64,000 bases of DNA from Candidatus Bathyarchaeota archaeon (GCA_963733095.1 CAVTBV010000012.1:96001-160000), one strand, 5' to 3'. Positions 1 through 12,267 are shown, counted from the first letter of the stretch. Notes: generated by a model not told the origin, from the sequence alone. Translations and numbers: made by a program.

Positions 1-165
1 GACAAAGTTCTCGCCGAAAACGACGTCAACATCCGAGCAAACTATTCACGGCAAATCGGCAAAAGCGGCTACGCCATCTCAGTGTATGTTCTGCACAAAA
101 AAGTTGCCAATAAAACGCTTGAGGTTCTAAAGAAAATCGACAATGTCTGCGACGTCAAAACCTAA
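1..165 (+). CDS. C-terminal fragment of an ACT-domain protein (possibly D-3-phosphoglycerate dehydrogenase), truncated by the window edge
   Basis: Frame 1 reads DKVLAENDVNIRANYSRQIGKSGYAISVYVLHKKVANKTLEVLKKIDNVCDVKT*, an ACT-like 'LAENDVNI' pattern. Confidence 0.55.
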   Translation, partial: DKVLAENDVNIRANYSRQIGKSGYAISVYVLHKKVANKTLEVLKKIDNVCDVKT

Positions 166-250
166 AAAGACAGAATCTACAAAACACACAACTTCGAATT
201 TCAATCAAGTTAAAGTGTATATAAGAGAGCATTCGCGTTAAATTCATCAA

Positions 251-931
251 ATGAAACTCGCAGTACTGTTTTCAGGCGGCAAGGACTCAACTCTTGCACT
301 GCACTTGGCGGCAGAAAAGGAAGAGGTAGCTTGCCTGGTCACTGTGGTTTCAAAGAACAAGGAAAGCTACATGTTCCATACCCCAAACATCGATGTGACG
401 GCGCTTCAGGGAGAGGCGTTGGGGTTCCCGTTGGTTTCGGTGGTTACGGAAGGGCGGAAGGAAGAGGAGCTTGCCGACTTGGAAAAAGCAATCGTTGAGG
501 CGAAAGAGAAATTTCAAGTTGATGGCGTGGTTACAGGTGCGGTAGAATCTGTTTACCAAGCTTCAAGGGTTCAGCGCATCTGCAACTGCCTAAATATCTG
601 GTGCTTTAACCCTCTGTGGAAGCATGACCAGAAAGCACTTTTGGAAACGCTCATCGCGAAGAATTTCAAGGTGGTTATTTCGGGGATTTTTGCTTATCCG
701 CTCGACGAGAAATGGCTTGGAAAACAAATAGATGGGGCAATCATAAACAAGCTCATTGAGCTTCAAGGTAAATATGGGATTAGCCCCTCGGGGGAGGGGG
801 GAGAGATTGAGACGACCGTTCTTGATGCTCCAATGTTTAAACAGAAAATAGAAATCCTCGATTATGGGGTTGAAGCAAGGGGGAACTGTGGAGTTTTCCA
901 GATTAAGAATGCTCGGTTGGTGCCCAAATGA
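251..931 (+). CDS. dph6: Diphthine--ammonia ligase (Dph6/MJ0570 family PP-loop ATPase)
   Basis: N-terminal LFSGGKDS PP-loop, SYMFH, GEGGEIET motifs. Confidence 0.9.
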   Translation: MKLAVLFSGGKDSTLALHLAAEKEEVACLVTVVSKNKESYMFHTPNIDVTALQGEALGFPLVSVVTEGRKEEELADLEKAIVEAKEKFQVDGVVTGAVESVYQASRVQRICNCLNIWCFNPLWKHDQKALLETLIAKNFKVVISGIFAYPLDEKWLGKQIDGAIINKLIELQGKYGISPSGEGGEIETTVLDAPMFKQKIEILDYGVEARGNCGVFQIKNARLVPK

Positions 932-1476
932 TTCTGGTAGTGGACATGAACTGGAAGCGGAATTCTTTGGCGTTTAGCGAGTTTGTTTCCCCAATCATTT
1001 CTGTTGTGCAGCGGCTTGAGGAATGCGAGGTGAAGCATTTTTTAGATATTGAGCCAGGGGAACTTGGGGATTATAGCAAGATTGTACTCTCGGGAACAAC
1101 TCTCAAAGACCATGAAACCCTAAAGCAACTCGGTAGGTTCAGTTGGATAAAAACGTGTGAGAACCCCATTTTGGGAATTTGCGCAGGCATGCAAACTATA
1201 GCTTTAGTTTTTAAAGAATACCTAACGCCGTGTCTGCAAATCGGAATGACAGAAAACAAAACTCTTAAAACCAACCCGCTTTTCCAAGGCGACTTTAAGG
1301 CTTATGCCCTTCACAACTACTCAGTTGGAAATTGCCAAAACTTTGAAACACTTGCAGAATCCACAAAATGCATCCAAGCCATAAAACACAAACAAAAAAA
1401 CATCTACGGTGTCCTATTCCACCCAGAAGTGCGAAACCAAGATATCCTAAAACGTTTCATGCAACTAAACCAGTAA
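928..1476 (+). CDS. Class I glutamine amidotransferase (GMP synthase subunit A-like)
   Basis: ILGICAGMQ nucleophile elbow and FHPE His-Glu motif; ATGA-type overlap with the upstream gene. Confidence 0.85.
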   Translation: MILVVDMNWKRNSLAFSEFVSPIISVVQRLEECEVKHFLDIEPGELGDYSKIVLSGTTLKDHETLKQLGRFSWIKTCENPILGICAGMQTIALVFKEYLTPCLQIGMTENKTLKTNPLFQGDFKAYALHNYSVGNCQNFETLAESTKCIQAIKHKQKNIYGVLFHPEVRNQDILKRFMQLNQ

Positions 1477-1530
1477 CCTGGATTGCTGTGGTCCCAATCC
1501 TCTTAAGCATCGAAGCACTATTCTTTTCAA

Positions 1531-1719
1531 ATGCAACCCCCAAGGATCCAGATCAAGCCAGGCATCCGCGTTAAAATCGTTTTGAAGCAGGACCAACAGA
1601 GCGGCAGATTAACTGAGGGCACCGTCAAAGAAATCTTGACCAGCAGTCCAACTCACCCTCACGGAATCAAAGTGCGACTTACAGATGGAAAAGTCGGCAG
1701 AGTACAATCAATTGGCTGA
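1531..1719 (+). CDS. YwbE family protein (DUF2196)
   Basis: IVLKQDQQSGRLTEGTVKEILTSSPTHPHGIKVRLTDGKVGRV is the family signature. Confidence 0.85.
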   Translation: MQPPRIQIKPGIRVKIVLKQDQQSGRLTEGTVKEILTSSPTHPHGIKVRLTDGKVGRVQSIG

Positions 1720-1790
1720 GCCTAAAAAAGAAGAGTTAAATAGAATTTTCATTTCAGCAAAAAATGCCAAAAAACAAAAATGTAAGATGT

Positions 1791-2081
1791 TTAGGGCGTT
1801 GTCTCTGGGACATAGGCGTTAGTTTGCATTTCGGTTTCCTGTTCAGCTGCTGATCTTGCAGGTTTTGAGGTAAGGGCTGCGACTGTGAATGAAAGAACGG
1901 CGGATACTATAAACGGAAGCATTGCAGTTACGACAGTCAACGCTATGAAGATTTCAGGAGCAGCTGAGGAATACAGTGTTGTATCCAATTTGTAATTTAT
2001 TATTCCTGCTACCGCAGAAAATACTGAGAATATGATGCCAAACGCGATGGCGATTTTATTTACAATTTTCCAGTTATCTAT
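1791..2081 (-). CDS. Small two-TM membrane protein, probable ATA start
   Basis: Frame stays open and hydrophobic upstream of the ORF-track start (IDNWKIVNKIAIAFGIIFSVFSAVAGII) back to ATA at 2081, preceded by SD-like GGTGAGG and an in-frame TGA. Confidence 0.6.
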   Translation of the reverse strand: MDNWKIVNKIAIAFGIIFSVFSAVAGIINYKLDTTLYSSAAPEIFIALTVVTAMLPFIVSAVLSFTVAALTSKPARSAAEQETEMQTNAYVPETTP

Positions 2082-2241
2082 TTGTCCTCACCAGTAATCC
2101 TTTGCTTGTACTGCGGAGCTTTTAAGCTATTGCTATTTCAAGCTGAAACCGCCCCCTTCATCAAAGCATGTTGGCGATTGGTAGAAGGGGTTAAAAGTTA
2201 ATAGGGAGTGTTTCAATTTAGACTAATGGGAGATTTTTGTT

Positions 2242-4656
2242 TTGGCCAATCAACTATCCGTAGAGAAACTACGTAATGTTTGTGATGCTAATTTTATGCA
2301 TTGTGAATCAACCAAGGACCTGATTCCGCTCAGTGAAATCATCGGTCAAGAAAGAGCTGTCCGAGCATTAAAATTTGGATTAGGAATAAAAAACCATGGC
2401 TTCAACGTATACGTGGCAGGGTACCCTGGAACAGGAAGAAAAACCGCAGTCAAAAACTTCGTGGAAGCCCAAGCTAAAACGCGACCTGTTCCGCCCGACT
2501 GGTGCTACGTGAACAATTTTGGGAATCCGTATGAGCCAAAAGCCATAATGTTGCCAGCTGGAAAGGGCAAAGAATTCCGAGAAGGCCTAAAAAACTTCAT
2601 TGAAAACGTAAAGACTACGCTTCCGAAGGCTTTTGAAAGTGAAGACTACGTCGCTCGAAGAGAAGCTACAATTAAAGGGTTAGAAAGCCAGCGGAAAAAA
2701 CTAATCGATGAGTTAAGCAGCAAGGCGCAGCGTGAAGGTTTCGTAATTCAAACGACCCCAATCGGCATACTACTTATTCCAGTGGTAAATGGCAAACCGT
2801 TAAGTGAAGAAGAAATTCTTGCGCTCCCCACAAAAACAAGGGATCAACTAAACGAGAAAAGGGAACAGTTGGAAACTGAATTCAGAAACACCATGCGGCA
2901 ACTTATCGATATGGAGCGTAAAATCCATGAGGCGCTCAGGAAACTAAACAAGGAAGTTGCCCTCTACGCGCTGGGAAACCAAGTGGAGAGCCTGAAAGAG
3001 AAATATCAAGCTACCCCAGAAGTTACAACTTACCTAAAAGAAGTAGAAAGTGACGTTCTGGATAATCTGCAGCAATTTATAAGAAGAGGCGAACCTGAAC
3101 AGCAACTTCCGTTTCCGATGCCTTGGATGAAAGAAGAACCCTACAAAAAATATGAAGTAAACCTAGTTATTGACAACTCTAACACGACAGGTGCGCCAGT
3201 GGTCATGGAGACTAACCCTACATACCACAATTTGCTTGGCAGAACCGAGAAAGAAGCCCAGTTCGGCGCTCTCATCACCGATTTTAGAATGATACGCGGA
3301 GGAGCAATTCATCGGGCTAATGGCGGATACTTAATTGTTCCAGTTGAAGATTTGCTTAGAAACCCATTATCCTACGATGGCTTGAAGCGAGATGTCAGGG
3401 ATGGAAAAATGTTCATAGAAGAACCAGAAGAACGCTACGGCTTCCTCAGCGTAAAAACCCTAAAACCCCAGCCCATTCCATTAACCGCCAAAATAATCCT
3501 CATAGGCACACCCTACCTATACCAACTCATGTTCTCATTAGACCCTGATTTTCAAGAACTCTTTAAGATAAAGGCCGAATTCGACACGACTATGCCAAGA
3601 ACAGACGAAAAAATACGACAATACGCCGCATTCGTATGTAGCCTTTGCGATAAAGAAGGACTCAAACACCTTGATGGTAGCGGCTTAGCAAAACTAATCG
3701 AGTACAGCTCAAGAATAATCGAAGACCAGTACAAGCTATCGACACAATTTTCCAATATTGCGGACATAATTCGCGAATCAAACTACTATGCCTCAGAAGA
3801 AAACTCGGAATTTATAACAGGATACCAAGTCAAAAAGGCCATCGAAGAAAAGATTTACCGCTCAAAACTCATCCAAGAAAAAATCCAAGAAATGATTACC
3901 CGTGGCTTCTTCCTCATCGACACCGTTGAAAATAAGGTTGGTCAGGTTAACGGTTTATCTGTTATGGGATTAGGAGATTTCGCTTTCGGCATGCCCTCAC
4001 GCGTGACAGCTAGCATCGGTTTAGGCCGTGAAGGCGTCATGGATATTGAACGTGAAGCAAAAATGGGCGGACCCATACACACTAAAGGCGTTTTGATTCT
4101 CAGCGGTTACCTAAACGACAAGTATGCAAGGGATAAGCCACTTAGCCTTTCAGCAAGACTGGTCTTTGAGCAAAGCTATGAAGGCGTTGAAGGCGACAGC
4201 GCATCAAGCACCGAGCTCTACAGCATACTCTCCGCACTCAGTGGATTGCCAATCAAACAGAACCTAGCCGTCACCGGCTCCGTTAACCAGAAGGGAGAAG
4301 TCCAAGCTATCGGTGGCGTCAACGAAAAAATCGAAGGTTTCTATGAAGTCTGCAAAGCCAAAGGATTGACTGGCGCACAGGGAGTTATGATTCCGGACAG
4401 CAACGTTCAAAACCTGATGCTAAAAGAAGAAGTCGTGGACGCGGTTAAAGCAGGCAAATTCAACGTGTACTCGGTTAAAACAATCGACGAAGGCATCGAA
4501 GTTCTCACAGGAACTAAAGCAGGGGGACGGCGATCAGATGGAACCTATGAGGAAGGCACCGTAAACTATTTGGTGGACAAGCAACTGCGCGAGATGGCGG
4601 AGAAACTAAAAGAATACCCAGCCGTACAAGCACACCAGAAAAAGCTCGAAGAGTAG
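2242..4656 (+). CDS. Lon-family (LonC-like) protease with AAA-like domain
   Basis: EGDSAS catalytic Ser, GGVNEKIEG catalytic Lys, degenerate Walker A GYPGTGRKT, coiled-coil insert. Confidence 0.9.
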   Translation: MANQLSVEKLRNVCDANFMHCESTKDLIPLSEIIGQERAVRALKFGLGIKNHGFNVYVAGYPGTGRKTAVKNFVEAQAKTRPVPPDWCYVNNFGNPYEPKAIMLPAGKGKEFREGLKNFIENVKTTLPKAFESEDYVARREATIKGLESQRKKLIDELSSKAQREGFVIQTTPIGILLIPVVNGKPLSEEEILALPTKTRDQLNEKREQLETEFRNTMRQLIDMERKIHEALRKLNKEVALYALGNQVESLKEKYQATPEVTTYLKEVESDVLDNLQQFIRRGEPEQQLPFPMPWMKEEPYKKYEVNLVIDNSNTTGAPVVMETNPTYHNLLGRTEKEAQFGALITDFRMIRGGAIHRANGGYLIVPVEDLLRNPLSYDGLKRDVRDGKMFIEEPEERYGFLSVKTLKPQPIPLTAKIILIGTPYLYQLMFSLDPDFQELFKIKAEFDTTMPRTDEKIRQYAAFVCSLCDKEGLKHLDGSGLAKLIEYSSRIIEDQYKLSTQFSNIADIIRESNYYASEENSEFITGYQVKKAIEEKIYRSKLIQEKIQEMITRGFFLIDTVENKVGQVNGLSVMGLGDFAFGMPSRVTASIGLGREGVMDIEREAKMGGPIHTKGVLILSGYLNDKYARDKPLSLSARLVFEQSYEGVEGDSASSTELYSILSALSGLPIKQNLAVTGSVNQKGEVQAIGGVNEKIEGFYEVCKAKGLTGAQGVMIPDSNVQNLMLKEEVVDAVKAGKFNVYSVKTIDEGIEVLTGTKAGGRRSDGTYEEGTVNYLVDKQLREMAEKLKEYPAVQAHQKKLEE

Positions 4657-4763
4657 CCCGAGAGATTAATTCGAAATTTTTTCTTCTCTTTTTTAGTTAT
4701 TGAGTTTGGATCTGTATTTTGGCTAATCAAAGCTTATCTTAACGTTCACTAGAATGACATTAG

Positions 4764-5009
4764 GTGCTTATGTTGGTGCAGCCAAGAGTTAAGCGCAAAC
4801 GGAGCCGTGCATTGAAAATTTTGCTTCTTCCAGCGTTCATCTTCATTGGCGCTATAGGCTGGTGTCTTTATACATTAGGGGACCGAAAGACAGCCAATCG
4901 AAAACCAACATACAGAAAACCAGTAGAAAAAGACAACGTAACCCTGTTGCCCATCATTCTTGAAGAACAACAGGAAATAACAGTGCAAAATAAATCAAGC
5001 AACAACTAA
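4764..5009 (+). CDS. Small single-TM hypothetical protein
   Basis: Basic N-terminus followed by one hydrophobic helix. Confidence 0.55.
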   Translation: MLMLVQPRVKRKRSRALKILLLPAFIFIGAIGWCLYTLGDRKTANRKPTYRKPVEKDNVTLLPIILEEQQEITVQNKSSNN

Positions 5010-5152
5010 TACTCAATCATTCCCAACTTTTAAGTCCATCCAAATAGCAGAGCTCACACGCTTGTTGTTACAGGAACACACCAACAATGCCATTTATACT
5101 CCGTAAATAATTGTTAGATTGCGAGAAATAGCCATCCAAGAGGTACACCCAC

Positions 5153-5262
5153 ACTTGACGGGTCAGCCGTTAACCATGACGCGTATCGCCTTAGCCCCTA
5201 AAGAAGGATGAGGGGACTACTTTTGATATGCGTCTTGGGTTAACACGGGCGATCCGTCAAGT
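5153..5262 (+). ncRNA. Candidate structured non-coding RNA (long hairpin with K-loop-like apex)
   Basis: Arms 5153-5187 and 5225-5262 are complementary with G-U pairs on the + strand; inner stem TAGCCCCT/GGGGACTA; followed by a T-run; no ORF. Confidence 0.55.
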
Positions 5263-5357
5263 CTACTTTTTGTTACGAGCGCACCAACATATTATAACCG
5301 GTTTCTATTATATAATTTATTAAGGCTTAGATGCAATGCTACCTTTCGTGAGCCAAT

Positions 5358-5711
5358 TTGAGCTACAAAGAACGTATGCACCCTAAAGTCAGCAGGGCAG
5401 AAATCGAAGTTTTTAAAGCCTTAAGTGTGTCGGGGTTGACCAGCGGTATGGTGACACAGCAACCAATCATTTTAAAATCAACTATTCCTGATTTTTGCTG
5501 GATGGAAAAACGCAAAATCGTATACTTAGACGGCATACCTGTACATAAAAAAGATAAGGCAATAGAACGTGACGAGGAAATAACTGACCTGTTAATTGCC
5601 CAGGGCTGGGATGTATTAAGGATTCCATACAATCCACCTTTGACGGATAAGGGATTACAAGAAATTATGGCAACTATAAAGCGGTTCCTAAACGTTGACG
5701 AAGAAGAATAA
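5358..5711 (+). CDS. DUF559/Vsr-like PD-(D/E)xK endonuclease domain protein
   Basis: PDFCW..K.IVYLDG.PVH, RDEEI, GWDVLRI motifs. Confidence 0.8.
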   Translation: MSYKERMHPKVSRAEIEVFKALSVSGLTSGMVTQQPIILKSTIPDFCWMEKRKIVYLDGIPVHKKDKAIERDEEITDLLIAQGWDVLRIPYNPPLTDKGLQEIMATIKRFLNVDEEE

Positions 5712-5864
5712 CGGTTTAGTGTTCATTTAAAATTGTTCCCCAATCCATCAAATGCAAGAGGGGGAAGGAATGAATAGTCTAAAAAAACGCGAGACAATGT
5801 CCTATACGAACTCTCAGTCATGGACACTGACCTTGATGAAGAAAACTGTTGTTCAAGATAAAGA

Positions 5865-6125
5865 GCATACCTTTTCTGATCGTAGGGAAAATCCAATTCT
5901 TGGATCGAACCGTTCTCCCCTTAGAATCTAAAGAGTCTTGTACACTGTAGCTAAACTTACTTGGGGGTTAGTCTTTCTGACTTCACTGCAGATTCTTTGC
6001 GCACTATGATGCTCTCTATTCAAAAGCGCAAATTTGTAGATTGCTATTCTTTTCGGAGTTACCTTGTATCCTTTGCTACGAAAAGTCTGAATTATCAACA
6101 CAACTGATTTGTTCGGTTCTTGCAT
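5865..6125 (-). pseudogene. Fur/PerR-family regulator, disrupted
   Basis: GYKVTPKRIAI..HHSAQRI..PQVSLATVYKTL then TAG; after a frameshift continues as ENGSIQELDFPYDQKRY; C-terminal metal domain lost. Confidence 0.8.
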
Positions 6126-6214
6126 GCACTATATTAGGTAATAATAACTCTTTAATAATTTCATTCCCGTTATATGTAGTAAGGTCTCATGTGAAAGAGA
6201 CAGGATGTAACATT

Positions 6215-8559
<2,345 letters not shown>

Positions 8560-8591
8560 TCGTAGCAAGAGCTAGCGATAACAATACAGCA

Positions 8592-8693
8592 AAAGTTGCT
8601 CACTTGGAACAAGAAGTCTGCGAGCTAATAGAAGCAGGCTACGAATACGTTTGCGAAATGGGTCATTTCAAGCTTTTCAGAAAACACAAATAA
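8592..8693 (+). pseudogene. Probable C-terminal remnant of an archaeal tyrosine integrase
   Basis: KVAHLEQEVCELIEAGYEYVCEMGHFKLFRKHK* resembles the C-terminal tail (KVA...E...LIEAGFEYV......KLFRKRK) I recall from Bathyarchaeia integrases; no start codon. Confidence 0.55.
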
Positions 8694-8967
8694 CCATCAG
8701 TTTCCAAAGACCGGAGATTCGCCCAAAAGCTGGGATTCATGCTGAAGAGCAGGGAAGGGGCTTTTGATTTGAAGTGCGATTCCCTACGCTGTTTACTGGT
8801 AATTGAAGCCGCTTGCAAGCAAGTAACCGCGGATTCCTAATTATCGATGAACTGATCGTCTTCCTGCTTTTACAACATTTCAAATGAAGCAATTGCTAAT
8901 TTGAATGAAACTCAAACTATGTATATTTTAGATAAAATAAGCTCAAAAACAAGCCAAACTGGTAAAT

Positions 8968-8985
8968 TGGCGCCGGGAGGGGGAT
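8968..8985 (-). repeat. 18-bp duplicate of the tRNA-Ser 3' end (att-like site)
   Basis: TGGCGCCGGGAGGGGGAT identical to 11929-11946. Confidence 0.9.
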
Positions 8986-9030
8986 CCAGCACCTTTTTAC
9001 CAGTAAAAAACTAACGCGCGCTCAGGCATA

Positions 9031-9534
9031 TTAATCTTTGAAAGTGTTGAAGCTAAACAATTCTTCAATTGGTTTCTTCTTTCTTGGTTTCGGCTGCTCA
9101 GCAGGATAACCTAGCGTTAATAGTGCTACGACTTTCCATTTGTCGGGGACTTTTAGGGATTCTTTGACTTTATTCTCGTCGAAGGCGCCTATCCAACAGG
9201 AGCCAACTCCGAGTGCCCAGGCGGCGATGACCATGTTTTGCATTGCGATTGTTGCGTCAACGACAGCCCATTTTCCAGTTAAGAGCGATTTTATGTCAGC
9301 GCATCCGACAACGACTGCCGGAGCATCTTTGATAAAACCGTTGAAGGGTAAATTGGAGAATTTCTTCGCTAGTTCATGGTCTTTTACGACTATGAAATGA
9401 ATTGGCTGTTTATTGACCGCAGAGGGCGCTTGTCTGCCAGCTTAAAGAATTTGTTTCATTACATCTTCGGGTAAATCTTTTGCTTCATAGCGTCTAATGC
9501 TTCTGCGGTTGAGAATCAAATCAAGAACGGACAT
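9031..9534 (-). pseudogene. Nitroreductase family protein with an internal stop codon
   Basis: MSVLDLILNRRSIRRYE..IL*AGRQAPSAVNKQP..LGVGSCWIG..LGYP; TAA at 9442-9444 (codon 31). Confidence 0.85.
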
Positions 9535-9800
9535 AAAACCTCACATTTTCCTAAACTTTGCTTTTCCCTTTCAGTACAGCCTCTTAAAAACACTTCTGCG
9601 ATGTGCTGAGAGTCTTCATTTACGGGCTTCAGTTGTTGCTGAGTTGCAACTTCATTGACTCACGATTATTGAATGAATTGAGCTAGCTTATGGAAAAAAA
9701 CTCAGTTAGTACATTGAGTTGAAATGCTTAAGAACGCAAAAGTATTTGAGAAACAGTTTTCGACTGTTTGTATTGCGCTTGCATTGGTTAGGCGGGATGT

Positions 9801-10688
9801 TTGTTTATGAGTGAGATGAAAGGGAAAATCTGTGTTGTAACGGGCAGCAACTCTGGAATTGGGAAAGAAACTGCCTTAAGCTTGGCGAAGATGGGTGCCA
9901 ACGTTGTTATGGTTGTTCGCAATCAAGAGCGAGGCGAAAAAGCACGGTTGGAAATAGTAAAGCAAACCGGAAACAACACTATCGATTTAATGATCTGCGA
10001 CTTGTCTTCTATGGATTCAATCAGGCGATTCGCGCAGAAATTTAAGGGGAAATATAACAGACTCGATGTGCTGGTTAATAATGCTGGAGCGATGTTCAAT
10101 AAACGCGAGGTTACACCAGAAGGCTTTGAACGAACGCTTGCCGTCAATTACTTGGGACCGTTTCTACTCACACATGAGATGCTGGATTTGCTTAAATCGA
10201 GCGCTCCTTCCAGAATAATCAACGTAAGTTCAGGATTAGCCAAAAACGGCAAGGTAGACCTTGACGATCTCCAAAGCGAAAAGAACTACGCGGGAACAAA
10301 AGCTTATGCTCGAGTTCGGGCAACAGTTTACGCTAACACTAAACTGATGCTAATGATGTTTACGTATGAACTAGCAAGACGACTAAAAGATACCGGAGTC
10401 ACTACAAATGTGCTCATGCCTGGTTTTGTCGCGACTAACCTTGGAAAAAACAGCGGCAGCCTAAGTTCGTCCATTATGTTCAAAATGGTTCGTCCAATGC
10501 AGGTGAGCGCTAAGAAAGGGGCAGAAACATCAGTTTACTTGGCTTCATCTGATGAAGTTAAGGATGTTTCTGGAAAATGCTTTGCAAAGAAAAAAGAAGC
10601 CACTACATGTCCAGCGTCTTATGATGAGCCAATCCAGAAGCGATTGTGGAATGAGACGGTTGCCTTGCTTAATTTGCCCCCAACATGA
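9801..10688 (+). CDS. SDR family oxidoreductase (retinol dehydrogenase/WWOX-like)
   Basis: TGSNSGIG, NNAG, YANTK (YxxxK), PGFVAT. Confidence 0.92.
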   Translation: MFMSEMKGKICVVTGSNSGIGKETALSLAKMGANVVMVVRNQERGEKARLEIVKQTGNNTIDLMICDLSSMDSIRRFAQKFKGKYNRLDVLVNNAGAMFNKREVTPEGFERTLAVNYLGPFLLTHEMLDLLKSSAPSRIINVSSGLAKNGKVDLDDLQSEKNYAGTKAYARVRATVYANTKLMLMMFTYELARRLKDTGVTTNVLMPGFVATNLGKNSGSLSSSIMFKMVRPMQVSAKKGAETSVYLASSDEVKDVSGKCFAKKKEATTCPASYDEPIQKRLWNETVALLNLPPT

Positions 10689-10705
10689 CTTGGAAGTTTT
10701 TTATT

Positions 10706-10945
10706 TCAAAGTAATGTAAGAGTTTGCCGTGGGCTGTATCCCATTATCTTCAACGATAGGCCCATGTACTCTATTTTTTCGGGATCAACTTCTACCAGCT
10801 CTACCGTCTTGGGAAACTCCTTCATGTCTAACTGCTTTGCAGTTTTTTTCCATTGGTATGATTCTAAGCCTTCTTTCAGGCTATCAGGGTCCTGTCTGGA
10901 GATTATTTTCGCTCTTCCATTTATTTGGGCGCGCGTGCTTCTAGC
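10706..10945 (-). pseudogene. C-terminal remnant, possibly of a pyridoxamine 5'-phosphate oxidase-like protein
   Basis: Open frame STRAQINGRAKIISRQDPDSLKEGLESYQW..VELVEVDPEKIEYM..GYSPRQTL* with no start codon. Confidence 0.4.
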
Positions 10946-11069
10946 ACCAATTTACTAGTAAAAAGATGTTGATTGTAGGATTTTGGCAAGTACGCTGAGT
11001 TGGAGAGCTGAAGGTTGAAGCACACAATAATGCGGTAAGGCTTAATTAGTGGATAAAAGTGAGACATAT

Positions 11070-11097
11070 TTATATGTAATAATTATATTACATGTAA
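11070..11097. promoter_or_regulatory. Inverted-repeat operator overlapping the promoter of the ArsR-like gene
   Basis: TTATATGTAATA-ATTA-TATTACATGTAA (11/12 inverted match), ending 15 bp upstream of the ATG. Confidence 0.7.
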
Positions 11098-11112
11098 TCG
11101 TGGAAAATATGC

Positions 11113-11421
11113 ATGTCAAAAATGGAACAACTATCAACGAAGCTAAAGGCATTATCTCATCCAATGGCATTGAAGATAGCAACCCTGCTAGCTAAGGAAG
11201 ACGAAGATATGTATCTAAATCAAATTGCAAAAAGGTTAGGAATCAACAGAGCGCTAGCAAAAATACACCTAAAAAAACTAGAACGAGGCGGAATCGTCAA
11301 AAGCAGAGTAGTTCTGGTTGAAGGCGAAGCACTAGCCCTCAGATACTACAAACTTCAAGACTTTGACGTTCATGTCTCTCCTGAAGTACTAAAGAAGGAG
11401 GGGGAAACATATGAAAAGTAA
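11113..11421 (+). CDS. ArsR-family winged-helix regulator
   Basis: LKALSHP..LKI, MYLNQIAKRLGINRALAKIHLKKLERGGIV. Confidence 0.85.
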   Translation: MSKMEQLSTKLKALSHPMALKIATLLAKEDEDMYLNQIAKRLGINRALAKIHLKKLERGGIVKSRVVLVEGEALALRYYKLQDFDVHVSPEVLKKEGETYEK

Positions 11422-11701
11422 AAACCTTATAATTCTAAGTGTCTGGTCAGCGGTAACAATAATTTTTGCCTTACTTATAACTCTTGGAGCAGGCTACAGT
11501 GATAACCCTACACAATGGCTAATATGGATGTTTGATGATTGGTGGATTGTATTTCTGGTGACATTGATTTTTACCGGTATCGTCAGTTACTTCGTCAAGG
11601 AACCAGAAGTTAACATGCAAAGCAATCTACAAAATATAGGAGCAAAATTGGATTCACTCTCCAAAGAAGCAGCAGAAATAAAGAAAGCAATTGAAGATTA
11701 G
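11411..11701 (+). CDS. Two-TM membrane protein with C-terminal coiled coil
   Basis: Hydrophobic helices; overlaps the ArsR gene (operon). Confidence 0.7.
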   Translation: MKSKNLIILSVWSAVTIIFALLITLGAGYSDNPTQWLIWMFDDWWIVFLVTLIFTGIVSYFVKEPEVNMQSNLQNIGAKLDSLSKEAAEIKKAIED

Positions 11702-11928
11702 GCAATAAATGTGTCCCAACCCCCTTTTTTCATTTTTGACTCATTAACTCGCATATAACCAATGCAGGTGCGATACAATGTGGGTTCAAAACGTGGGTTT
11801 TATCCTAAGAAGGTTCACTTTCGCCTATTTTTACCAGTAAAAATCTTTTGCATAATTTTAGAAAAATCGACAAGTAACCCATAATTACGCCTATTTAGGC
11901 AAAATAACCTCAACTGCAGCCTTAAAAA

Positions 11929-12040
11929 TGGCGCCGGGAGGGGGATTTGAACCCCCGTGGCCCCGAGAGGCCACAAGCTAATTGGTACCCTTATAGAGGT
12001 ATCTCCAGGCTTGCTCCCTGCCTGGCTAGGAGACCCCGGC
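11929..12040 (-). tRNA. tRNA-Ser(GGA) with a 23-nt intron at position 37/38 and encoded CCA
   Basis: GCCGGGG acceptor stem, CAAGC-CT-GGA-G[intron]A-GCTTG anticodon arm, long variable arm, GGGGG-TTCAAAT-CCCCC T arm, G73-CCA; relaxed bulge-helix-bulge. Confidence 0.95.
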
Positions 12041-12267
12041 AAACAAAACCAATCAACAATTCACATATTGGTTTGCACCTTTTCTCTGAGTTTAGCCCAA
12101 TTTAAAGTTTTATCGTAAAACCACTCTTTACACAGAATCGACCCAAAATCTGATGATACGACCAAAAATTTTAGTTTCTGCTAACGTACTTAGCAATTAT
12201 TTATTTTCAGTAAATACAAAACAAATTAATGGAGTAAAAATATTATTCAAGTCAGCGAGAGCACGAA

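Larger units (their letters stand above)
8968..11946. mobile_element. Small tRNA-Ser-integrated islet (about 3 kb) without its own integrase
   Basis: Bounded by the 18-bp tRNA 3'-end direct repeat; carries nitroreductase, SDR, ArsR-like and membrane genes. Confidence 0.65.

Noticed and set aside
11815-12042. 75-aa minus-strand ORF
   Set aside because: Overlaps the tRNA-Ser gene
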